DNA of 20,000 nt from Raillietiella orientalis. Lineage: Eukaryota. The notes beneath the pieces were generated by a model. That model had not been told where the DNA came from and ran no database searches. It saw nothing but the letters and a program-made list of their open reading frames with translations. Position numbers and translations under genes: made by a program. Shown piece by piece: positions 9,658-20,000 of the stretch. The stretch's first letter is position 1; the number at the start of each line of letters is the position of its first letter. Location: the NCBI GenBank assembly GCA_036172245.1, contig JAYWIR010000061.1:614831-634830 (forward strand). The letters are read 5' to 3'.

Positions 9658-11659
9658 CTGAATGGGGGGATCGTTCAAAGTACGTGAATGCTTGACCGAC
9701 GACTCCGATGATGGAAGAAAACTTCAAACTTGTTGTATTCAAAGCTTCGCTTAATTCAGTAAACTCAAAAAGGTAAAGGAGGAAATTGCTTTCGATCGAA
9801 TGATGTTGGCGAACGTGCGTTGCATCCACCTTGGAGGTTGCGCCACCGTGGTTTGAAATGGCGTGGTTTGCTTCCCCTCATTTCCGATTGCTGTTGCGCT
9901 TCGGACGGAGCTCCTTTTTGAAAAGTTCCAATTCTAAATGTAGGTGCTGGAATGGAATAGGCTCTTCTGCCCGGGACGCTTCGAATGTATTTCGAGGGAA
10001 ATTTCGGGAAATTCTTTCCTTATGAAGTTACTATAATTTCTTTTTCCTGGCTCCTTGAAACGGAAGGTGGATGATCGGAAGCTGCTCATTTTTCTGTTTT
10101 TTTGTGGAATACTTTCCGCCTTTCTTCATGTGCTTCGTTCCCATTGCGATTGCCGTTCCCGTTGCTGTGTATCCGACCCGGTTTTCATCCACTAAAAAGC
10201 CATCGAGTTGCAGACAAGAAAGCAGTCACTAATATCTGCTGAAAGAAGGCAGCAGTTCCAGTTGGATACACTGCTGTGGAAAGTCTTGTGCTTCTGATGA
10301 GTGGCCTCTACCTGTTGCAGGATGGTGCTCCTGCCGCAGCTCAGGCAAATCCACTGCCTGATCCCCAGCTTGCCAGTTGATACCTTGTGGAGTCAGAAGG
10401 CCGGTTGAGCAGTGTTTATGTCATACACGACGAAATGCGCGTACGACGATGTGATATTTATGGCAGAAATTGATTCCCGGCCGTTTCGGTTGGAAATATA
10501 TTGATTTTTACCACTCTCGTTAAAGAAATTGACTTCCTTGCACGAGGCGAAGTATTATGGGAAACGTTCTCTCAGGTACAGTTTAATGCAGTGCAGTTCG
10601 TGTCCCAAACATACGCGGTCCAAGATATTGGAGATTTGAGGCGTTATGAGGAAAGGCTCCCCGCGTTTCTCCCTACGAAAACCGAATTCAGTTTTGCGAG
10701 GTCTCGCGGTCTTCAAGAGATACATCAATGTGTTCGGGCGGAAGCACTCCAATGGAATCGGTGTCAGCACGGAAGCGCAGCGGAATAACGGTGATGTCGG
10801 AAGGAAAAAGTACATCTCGTGCCCGCACCCCAAGATGCGTACTTTCTTCTCGAGCAAGGCGTACATTCGAGGTTTCCGGGATTCTCCCGAGTAGCATCTG
10901 CTGGATGGATCGATTGCTTTTCGAACGCGCGTCTCTTTTACTTTCATAATAATGGCATCGCTTCTGCATGCTGCAAGAGCTTTGCACGGCAGACGCAAGA
11001 TATGCCAATCTCTCACATCGGTATGCACAATCAACCAGCGTACAGTTCCGAATGATCGAAAGTAAGAGCTCGATAGAGTGTCTATGGAGTATCAGGAAGC
11101 ACAGCACCTCGAAGAACCTTTGTTAAGGCACAGCATTCGGCGACCCCGAGTGCCCCACCCAAACGACTGCCCCTGGCTGCTCCAGGACGTTCCCTTTTCC
11201 ACGCAAAGAAAAATGAGAACGCCACGTGGGCTTCAAGCACCTCTTCCGATGCAGCGGGTTTTCCGGTACACCTCCTTCAAATGCCCCGAAGGCAAAATTT
11301 AGGTTCGCCCACGCACCACTCGCTGACGATTTCTCCGTCAAAGAAGACGTGAGAACGGAGAGGTCGCCATCATCCAGCACCGATTCCAGACGGAAGGAAA
11401 GGCCAAAGCCAAAACGGCCTGTAACCCCCCCGCCCCCGCCTCCCCTTCCTTCATTTGTTTGTTGGTCACTCCAGAAGTCCGCTGCGGGCTACTAGAGTGG
11501 CCGACCTGCCTGTCGGAGTTCGCTCACCCCGAACTCCTTTTTTGTTTTCGGCTGGGAGCTCCCTTCCCGACACGTTTGTTCGTTTATGCAACAAATGCTG
11601 ACCCGGTGGTCGCCTTTGATGTGTGGTTCCCGCGGGAAGGTCGACCTGTCTGACACTGC

Positions 11660-12170
11660 GTACTATATATGTTTTCATGCAATTCATATGTTCGTTTAAC
11701 ATATTATGAGTTAATTTAAGGTTGATGGAAACATTGGTACATGGAGTAACATATTTTTTTACGGAGATAATTAAATAATTAATGCATTTATTATATATAT
11801 TGGCATATGTTTGTAGATAACGAATACATACGAAATAAACATACGAATATTGGATTGGAAACATAAATGCTTATTCGAACCAACAAAATTCGAAAAAAGA
11901 ATTCGCCGACGCTGCTTTCTGAGAGAGTTTCGTTTATTGAGTGTTGGAAATGATAGTAAAAACCAAATACAACATTTCCTTTTTGCTTTTTTAATTTATT
12001 TTCCGTTTTTCAAAATTCGGTATTCATACATTCAGTTAATAAATAGTTCTTGTGTATACAAATATACTTTAATGCACATGTATGTTAACTTTTTATAATC
12101 TTGACTATATGTATTCACAATATACATCAAAGTATACATAAATTTATATGTTCATATATATAATAGACAG
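11660..12170. repeat. AT-rich low-complexity tract (TATA/TACATA-rich)
   Basis: Runs such as ttatatatat, catacgaa x2, gtatacata, catatatataata between two GC-rich blocks. Confidence 0.65.
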
Positions 12171-14474
12171 GTTTTTCAAGATCCTTCGGGATTTTGGACC
12201 AAACCCTCCATTGACTCTCTATGAAGCTTAGACACCTCGGATGCCCTGATCTCATAGCAGATCTCATGGCCGTAGCGACCGCTGAAAGATCCGAAGCTGA
12301 CGTTCAACTTGCATGCACTCCGATTTCCTCCACACCGCTGCATCCGTCCTTGTCCTTATGCAGCGACAGAAGCGAACCTGCTTCGTGACAGATGGGGAGG
12401 AGGCCGCGAGAGACACAAACCCCCAACCAAACCGGTTGCCCTCTCCATCTGCTGAATCGTTCTCGGGAATTGCTTGTCACCATCAGCTATTCCTCAGCAA
12501 GGAGACCGGCTGGATGATCAGCTAACAGAAACCTTCCTGAATCCTAGCTACCATCTCAACTCCTGCCGTCTCCGCCACAGACAACAACAACACCCTCAAC
12601 CCTCCCTTCTGGTATTGATGACTGCCATTCTCATGCAGTGTCATCACAACCTCACAACATGACGATGTCTTTGCGGCCACATTTTTTCCCCACACGCAGG
12701 AGCCGAAATGGCGTTCGTAGGAAACGCGTCTATTAGGTTTCGCTTGACCGGGAAGAAGTGCTTCTTTGCATCCCCGTGCGAACGCACGACTTCCGCGTGC
12801 TTCCTTTTTTTTTTTGTTATGATCCCGGTGCACACGGAGAGAGCCCAACGCTCCCTGCCCCACTCCGCTGGATTTCTTATTTCTTGTATGTTGCCCCCCG
12901 CTTCCCCCTCCCTGCTTCCGGACTTTCCGTTATCCCGACCTGTGTCCTCCCCTTGAACTTCTGCCTGCCTGCAGTCGGGAAGTGCGTTCCCAGCCGATTT
13001 CTTTTTGTATGAAATAAACGCCCCGGGGCGTGATCGAGTGAAAAAATTGCTGGTGCTTCTCGACCTTTGGAAGGCCCTCCTTGGAGAACCCAACCGCGCA
13101 TTCAGGCGGCAGTCGTTTCAAGGCGTCCTTCTGCGCCGCATCGTTTTTTTTCTCCAAGACATTCCCCCTTCCCCCGGGATGAGCACCTTTCACAGCCGCG
13201 CAGCATCTCCAGCTCCCCGTGCAGAATACGGCGGTCAGCACGGATGAAAACCCTCTTCCCAGAATTCCCGGGGAGGGTGGGAGGCGGAAACGCACCCGTT
13301 CACCACCTCGGGCAGGTCGGAACACCTGGATGGATGCACAGCCGATCTACTCGAGGCTGAGGTTGTCAGGCACACAGGCGAGGAGACCTGCTCTCCGGTC
13401 AAACCCGTTGGCATTCCCTGCCCAAGGAGAGGGACAGGTGGCCTCTGATGTGCACTGACAAATCGGCGCTCCTCCTTAGGGCGCAAGAAGTGGCTCGACT
13501 CACTGAGGTTTCCTGGGCACTGAAAGTGTGACGCCTCATGTCCAGGGATGCGGCTCCAGTGCTCCCAAATGGGAAGCGGTGAGACGCGGGACGGACGATC
13601 GTTCACTCGCCTCATTGGCAGATCGCGTGGTCGTCCACTTAGTGAGGAGCGCCCATGGCAGAAGCCCTGCCTGCCTCATCCCAATCAAAGACCCGAACAA
13701 GTGCTAGGGAGGGAGGTTCTTTTTCCCTCAGAGGACTACCCGAGATCTCCGCAGCCGTCACCGTCGCGCATCTTTCGTCCGCGACTGCAAGAATGGCACC
13801 GGAACCGGAGATCAGGAGCAGGACATCCTGATAGTCCTCGCTCTTCTGCAAAGAGTGGCGAGGTGGCCGCACCTGGATCTTCCAACGAGAAAACAAGCTG
13901 CTCGCTAAATCAGGACGCGAAGAGCCTATCCTAGTGGTCTCCTTCCCTCCCTACCCACTAAATTCCTTCGTTCATTCGTTTCTCGATTTCTTCCTTTACG
14001 GGAGACCAGCGTGCAACTTTTCTCTCCTTCGGACCCGTATGTTTCTTGCTGTTACGCACCCTCAGAGTAACCACGTGACAGTGGATCCGTCATCCCCCAA
14101 GGAACCCCACGGATCCCCTGAAGAACCCCTTCCTGGAGTTTTCTTCTTCGGTCAGGCCGTCCGAGGAGGCAAGCCGACGACGAACAGCCTTCGCTTCGGA
14201 ATCCGGAAGGCTGCTTGTCCTCAGCGACAAGCAGGTAACGGGAATGCCTGCTGCAGTCGAAAGGGCAGCTGCTAACCGCAGCTACAGGCCAACACTGGTA
14301 GAGAGGGTGCTCCTGCGCTCAGAAGGAAGGAAAGGAAGAAGAAAAAAAAATCTGCCGAGGAAAACCGCAGAGAAGAATTCCAGGCGGTAACAGGAAAGCT
14401 GCAAAAATGAAAACAAACACACACACGCGAAAAAGAGCGTTTTTTTTTCTTAGCTAAAAATGTCTATGCGTACC

Positions 14475-14701
14475 TCAGAATCTGGAGTAAACTTGATGCA
14501 AAGGAGTGTAAACGTAAAGAATGCCAACCAGGATGCCAGCGAGATGACCCAGGAAAGACGCCTGGGGAACCAGAATTTGGATAATCAAGAGCTCGATCCA
14601 GATTGCATATTTTTCTGGCACCCCCGTGTTCACGGTTTCGTTCCAGTCGTTCCTTCTCTCCGCTTCGTAAGCTGCTATGACTTTCAGGGCAAAGATGACA
14701 C
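14475..14701 (-). CDS. RHBDD1: Rhomboid exon 3 (TM5-TM6), ending in TGA
   Basis: ccgcag|; GVIFALKVIAAY...VPEKYAIWIELLIIQILVPQASFLGHLAGILVGILYVYTPLHQVYSRF*. Confidence 0.95.
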
Positions 14702-17700
14702 CTGCGGTATGACAACATCGTTGTACACGTTGGCCAGGACAGAGCAGTCGCAAGTAGCGAGCCAAACAAGGCAGTGGCTGCCTAACTGGGAATACACGGC
14801 AGGCGTGGAATGGTGTCGCTCCAAAAGCGGGAGCCCGGTTCCCGTCACGCGAAAGGGGGAAGGGAGCGCGTTTGCGCGGTGCAAACGTGTTTGCGTTTCA
14901 ATTTCGAGGCGGCATGGGAAGGCGATTTGTGAGCTGCGAAAGCAGAAGCACGAGAGAGGTGATGGGCATGGTTGAGCATGGCAACACGCCTGCCCGACCA
15001 GTTTGGATTCTGTGTGGCTGTCGAGATGCAGGCAGCAGGTAGAGAGGTCGCAGGTAAAGTACGCAGCCTGCAAAGTCGGCGTCGCTTACGGACGCGGTGC
15101 CCGCCCAAAGGAGCAGAGGGGAGCTAGGCTGGAGCCGGTGCGCGGCGGCTGGCAGGAGGCACGCATGGACGGAGATTCCAAGGCCGAAACTCAAAGCGCT
15201 GGCCGGCTGGCTGGTCGCAGATCTGTTCTTGCGCGCTTCTCTCACGCGCAGTTGCCGCGAGCAAATGTTCACACGAAGTAAGCGTGAAGAGTATTATGTG
15301 GACCAGGGATCTGCGTGGAGTGCAAGAAAAATGGACACTACGCCCGCAAACCGAGGCGATGATGAAGACGGACAGATTCGGCTCTTTTCCTGGACGAAAG
15401 ACGAGGTGCTCTCACTCTAATCGGTCTTACTTCCTGTTTAGAGAGAAGACCCTTCATCATCCCGGAACCGACCATCCTTCTCACATCAAATCCTGATGGC
15501 TGCTCGGAGGAGCCATCAGGAATCTCGCATCTTTTACAGATCCCATTCGTCTTGATCTCCGTTGGCGCATCTCAGGCGAGAACAACCTCCCGGATGGGCA
15601 GCAGCAGAAGAAGCTGCCAAGCTCTTGAGGGAGAGCATGCAAAAAAACGCATCTTCCTCCTCCTCGCGTTTCCTCTTTTTCAGACTGAGTTGTCGGCTAA
15701 CGATTCACACGAATCCATCAGAGGTTCGTTTCAAGTCCACCAATAATCCTTGGGGGATGAACAAGCAACCGATTCTTCCATCTCCCAAACTGAGTTCACT
15801 CGTTGGCATCCGTTCAGCAGCTCAAACAATACATGAGCTTCCTTCTCTCGCTTTCAGCCATTCCTGCCTGTGTCCAATGAAACCCTTCCACGATAGCTTC
15901 CATTAGCTTGACTGAAAGCTCTTCAAGGGAAGATAAGGCTCTTCCTTGGAACTGAGCTGCGAAAAAAATTCTCAAAGCTTCTTTTTCTCGGTTATTTTCG
16001 ACAGCACTTTCGCCAGTGTCTGAAGAGAAGCAAAAGAAGCAACGGCATTTCGTGGAGCTTCCTGGTTCAGGGACAAGCGGTTGCATCCCCAGATGTTTAT
16101 CAAGTGATCGCTTTCACGAGGAGCCTCGTGGTGTTCCATACGTCTCTTTGATCGCCAGCAACGTTGAGCTGGAGACATCGGATCGTAGCCTATTCCCGTT
16201 GGGTAGTAGCACTGCTGTTGAGCTGCGCTCTGAGGAGCCCTGGTAAACAGTCGCTGGAGATCACAGCGGTGGTCTGTACCTAATTCGAACGCATGACTTT
16301 CATGTCTGAAAAGAATTTCATCTGTGCATCTCGAAACAGTCAAGAGTGAATTCGTGTCATTCGCACAAACATCCTACTGATTCAGCTTTCGATCGGGGAT
16401 CTTTCCTTTGGTGAAGCTCCCAATTTCGTGATTCTGTTTCAGTAGAACACGATATACTTTGGTGCGTCCCTGGATAACAGACCTTGTTTCCAGAGCGAGT
16501 GCTGACCTTGCTATTGCAATGCCCAGACGAAGTCTGGCTGCTTCGTTGGAACTTCACCATCACCCTTATCAGAAAGAGTCGGAGGGCTTCCGGTATGGCC
16601 CTGTGATGCCGAGGGAAAATTATCCAAAAGACGATTGTTTCCTTGAAGACGATGGCATCAGGAGTGAAGGTGACCAAAGTACTTTGTTTCGTCCTCATTC
16701 GCGACCGGTACACCAAACGAATTGCCATGTAGTTTCCTCTTTCGAAGTTTCCAGTGCCATTTTACGTGCACTGCCCCACTTTCCTACCTGGATCTTCGCT
16801 TTCACAACACGTATCTTGCAGAGGGAACTTGGTTGCAAATGAATCCGGAGGAGCAGAGCAGCTTCGCGCACGTTTAGAAAGGGATAGAAAACGCGTAATC
16901 GCGACTGCAATCCACTTGTTGCAACTGGAAGTATTTTAAAACCGATGACGATGACAGACAGGCAAATACGTGATCGTCACGGTCACATTTTGCCTTCGGC
17001 GATCTTGACTGTTTCTTATCTCGAAAATGCACTTCCTGCAACGGAAATGGTTCCTGTTTTAAACCCAGTGTAAAGGAGCTTGCATGGGAAATGCCCGAGA
17101 CTCTTCATCCCATCAATCATATATGTGTTCGGTGAGTTTGTCGTTTCCGATCGAGACGTGACAGAATCCCAAACAACGGTTTGGATGCATTCGGAATGCA
17201 CTGTGAGATGGATTCCTGGAAACGCACTGATTACGAGTTTGGCGAACTCTGCATCATCCAAGGCGTATAGAGATTTTCCGAAGGAAAGCATTTCACGTCG
17301 CTTTGTACTTGCAAATAGTTTTGGGGCTTTGTGTATGTTTTCTCCGATGACCTGCTGCCGGCGGCGTTATTCCTTACGGTCGTAAAAGTTGGAGTTGGGA
17401 CGTACCTGAAAATCCAATGGCCTTCTGCGACAAAACGGATGCATCTCCAGAGATGGTGCTGTACGTTTTTGCCAATACTATGCAAACAACATTTGTTAAT
17501 ATTGGGAATGTTAGGAGAATGATAGACAACTTCAAAGGTCCGAATTTGTCTTCAAGATAAGTGCCTTTCCAGAAAAAAGACAACATATTGAATACAAGGT
17601 GTACATCGTTGGCGTGTTCAAATGATGAAAAAAATAGAGAACGATAGTTTTGATCCCTTGCGACAGCATCGTAACTGACAGCAATACTTTCTTTATCCCA

Positions 17701-17813
17701 TGGAGGTCTTATTATCCTAATGAACAGCAGCACCTACGGCACACTTTTTCTTCCATGCTGGATGGAAGGGAACGCACCTGTGCGAGAATTGCGAGCAGCG
17801 TCACGACAGGCAT
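14475..17813 (-). CDS. RHBDD1: Rhomboid-related intramembrane serine protease, RHBDD1/RHBDL4 type; 3 exons, 196 aa as written
   Basis: Exons 17813-17778 (MPVVTLLAILAQ), 17733-17406, 14701-14475; GT-AG introns of 44 and 2704 nt, phases fit. Motifs: HANDVHLVFNM (HxxxxHxxxN), WKGTYLE, AIGFSG|VIFALKV (catalytic Ser), WIELLIIQILVPQASFLGHLAGILVG (catalytic His), characteristic of RHBDD1 as I recall it. Confidence 0.93.
15491..15521. repeat. Perfect 11-bp inverted repeat with 9-nt spacer in rhomboid intron 2
   Basis: tcctgatggct gctcggagg agccatcagga. Confidence 0.85.
17406..17733 (-). CDS. RHBDD1: Rhomboid exon 2
   Basis: ccgtag| ... tcag|gtacgt; VLLFIRIIRPPWDKESIAVS...FEHANDVHLVFNMLSFFWKGTYLEDKFG...KAIGFS. 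Confidence 0.95.
17778..17813 (-). CDS. RHBDD1: Rhomboid exon 1 (start uncertain; may extend to ATG at 17890)
   Basis: MPVVTLLAILAQ matches the TM1 PVTL motif; donor cag|gtgcgt at 17777. Confidence 0.75.
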
Positions 17814-18899
17814 TTCGATAAAATAAATGATTGCATTGTTGCGTTGTTCCAAAGGTGCCAACTTTTTTTTTTTTTTCCCGCACGTTTCATTATTTGAAGC
17901 GACGAACAATGTTTTCCTGGATCATCATGAAGCATCCTGGACCTTCGGGCTGCAGAAGAGTTACCGAATGTTACAAGGAATGCAAAAAGAGTCGAAACGA
18001 ATGAAATCCTAATTGGTTGATTAAGCGAATCGTCGTTATCCCTTTTGGGGGCGAAGGAGCATTTACGACGGAGTTCATCTCTGGGAGAAACATCGAAGAA
18101 GAATCCTCTTGCTCGTTGCTGCTGCTCTTCCAAAGTCCGAGAGGTTCGTACCCTTTGAAGAAACGCTGCACATAGGCGAGCGGTGTTTCTCGATCCATAG
18201 CGATGCTGACTTTGACTAGGGTTTCCCTTGGGTTCCCGACTTCCCTTCGCAGTATCCATTATAGTCATTGTCATCTTTCGAATCTGCACGCAATGCTCTT
18301 CGAAATCATTTGGGTTTTCGCGCAGTCACTATTTGTGCCATCGAATCGCTGATTGAAAACTTACCTCGACGCGATCGAACGGCAAGAAACATAAGATCAC
18401 GCGTGCCTGGACGCTGAGATCGACAACGTCGAATTTCGATCCGTGATTTTCGCGATACTTCCAAGTTGGAAAGTGTTTCCCGTCTTGAAATGTACCTCCA
18501 AAGTGGGTATAGCACTCGCGACGTAAGGCCTCCACGAACTCAAGGGTATGCGTTTCCTTTTAAGAATGCCACCTCCATCCCTCTGCATCCATTCGGATAG
18601 ACGAATTTACAGTTCGCCGGTGCTCATTTCGTCTTTTCGTTGTATTCTTCGCTGAGCCGAACTCTGCCATCGGATCATCGCTAGAGTACTCCCGGCTTCC
18701 CATGAAAAGTCATAGGAAAGGGCGAAAAGAAGCAGTTTGATGGGAAATCTGAACGTGGATCCAAATCCAGACCGTCGGGCCTGACGGATGAGCTTGAAAA
18801 TCCATTCATCCGTGAAAACTTCACCCACCGGGTCCTATACCAGCGCGATGCCGCTCGGGCCAACTGACGTTTTTGTGCAGGATTGCTTTGAAACTCTGA

Positions 18900-20000
18900 T
18901 GGAAGAAGGACATTTGGATGCTGAGAGAGTGGACAGGGAGGTGGAAGGTGGTCGCCGAAACCACGCGGATCGGTCCACCACCCATGCCTCCAGCCGAAGA
19001 GGATGGAGAGAACGGAAAGGATGAAAGAGGACGCCGGTCCATCGACACCAGGCAGCGGCGACAACAGCAGCTTCAACGAGGCCCAACACGGACGCGACGT
19101 CGGGAATGCATGCAATGCCCGCTCGCGATCACCAAACGGACCTTTGCGGAAGGCGGCGGCGGCACATACCGAGCCCCCACCCCTCCGAAAATGGCTTCCC
19201 CAATCAGCACAGTCCAACAAACCGAAGACACGCTTCGGGACGATTCGTCGGAAAAGAGGCGCCCAGAAAAAGCGCCTAAGCGACGTGGCGCTCACCAGCG
19301 GGAAGCGCTCGAAACGGCGGTGGGACAGCCGCGATTGGCTGACGTCACCGCCCCGGAACGCGCGCAGCCTCCACCGGACCACGAATCAGGCAGAGCATCG
19401 CGACGAAGCGCAAGGCGCATGCGCGCGAACTGCTGGCAGAGCGTAGTGCGGAAACAGGAACAGAGATGGGGATACGAAAGCGGAAATGCGCAAAGAAGAA
19501 ATTCGACGAAAACGAGAAAAACATTGGCGGAATTTCAAAGAAAGGAAAAGGCGGTCTGTCGCGAAAGCAAGAGATGGCGGAGACGTGCACAGACAAAAGC
19601 CACAAAAGGCCATGGCGCGCGCGCATTGGGCACTACGAAACAGAGCGACGCAATGCATGAAAGGAAGAGCCTGGATGGACGCGTATCTCTAAGCACAATT
19701 TACCAGGATTCGAGGTTTAAAGTGCTAAAAAGAGCGCGTGTGTGAGTGTGGAGCGAATAGTGCCCCATCCCGGACGAACGCTGCACCTTCCCCCTCCCTT
19801 GGACAACCCGAGTGTGGAGGACATTCCTCGAGTGGACTCGGTCCGCGGGGGGCAGATGGAGGCGATGGACGCCATCACGACAACAACGAGAGAAAGGCGC
19901 CGGCGTGAGCGGAAATGCCGCATGCAGCCCGCGTGGCATCGGCGGAAGTGCCACATGCAGCTCACGCGGGTGCGGCGTCCGTAGCAACGCGCCCGGCGTG
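18900..20000. promoter_or_regulatory. GC/CpG-rich promoter-like region upstream of the rhomboid gene, with CCAAT boxes and bZIP (CRE/ACGT) sites
   Basis: Dense CpG; CCAAT 19200-19204, GACGTGGC 19282-19289, ATTGG 19334-19338 adjacent to TGACGTCA 19340-19347. Function inferred only. Confidence 0.35.

Noticed and set aside
10501..11495. Stack of 70-160 aa ORFs on both strands
   Set aside because: No recognisable motif and no consistent splice structure found; cannot support a gene.
11515..11548. Rho-independent terminator-like stem plus T-run
   Set aside because: Eukaryotic context with no upstream bacterial-type gene; kept only as a structural observation.
14475..14477. Selenocysteine reading of the rhomboid TGA
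   Set aside because: I could not identify a SECIS, and rhomboids are not known selenoproteins; would need SECISearch on the true 3' UTR.
14460..14975. 171-aa plus-strand ORF
   Set aside because: Antisense shadow of rhomboid exon 3.
14702..17405. Nested gene in the 2.7-kb rhomboid intron (e.g. 16459-16842 with PWIT, 17016-17291)
   Set aside because: Single short motif only; no RT, endonuclease or other domain continuity.
18681..19987. Long overlapping ORFs (275, 233, 147 aa etc.)
   Set aside because: Arg/Pro/Ala-rich, open in several frames on both strands, no recognisable domain; expected in GC-rich, stop-poor DNA.

Overview
Eukaryotic (animal, probably nematode-like; inferred from 43-47 nt GT-AG introns and TTTCAG/TTTTAG acceptors) genomic DNA with two convergent intron-containing genes. 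Left half (1-~9050; AT-rich, CpG-poor): a 5'-truncated CLEC16A/gop-1/ema orthologue on +, 15 coding exons from 1417 to a TGA ending at 8952, all splice phases mutually consistent (2099 nt in window). Right half (~9060-20000; GC-richer, CpG-rich): a RHBDD1/RHBDL4-type rhomboid intramembrane serine protease on - (exons 17778-17813, 17406-17733, 14475-14701) with intact GFSG serine and TM6 histidine. The rhomboid has two oddities: an in-frame TGA one base before a strong splice donor, and an A14 run that is one base short of joining an upstream ATG. Candidate orphan minus-strand exons at 9221-9657 may be its missing cytosolic tail. Most ORFs listed in the right half look like chance ORFs in GC-rich intronic/intergenic DNA. 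I see no prokaryotic, CRISPR or intact mobile-element system and cannot support a claim of a new multi-gene system.
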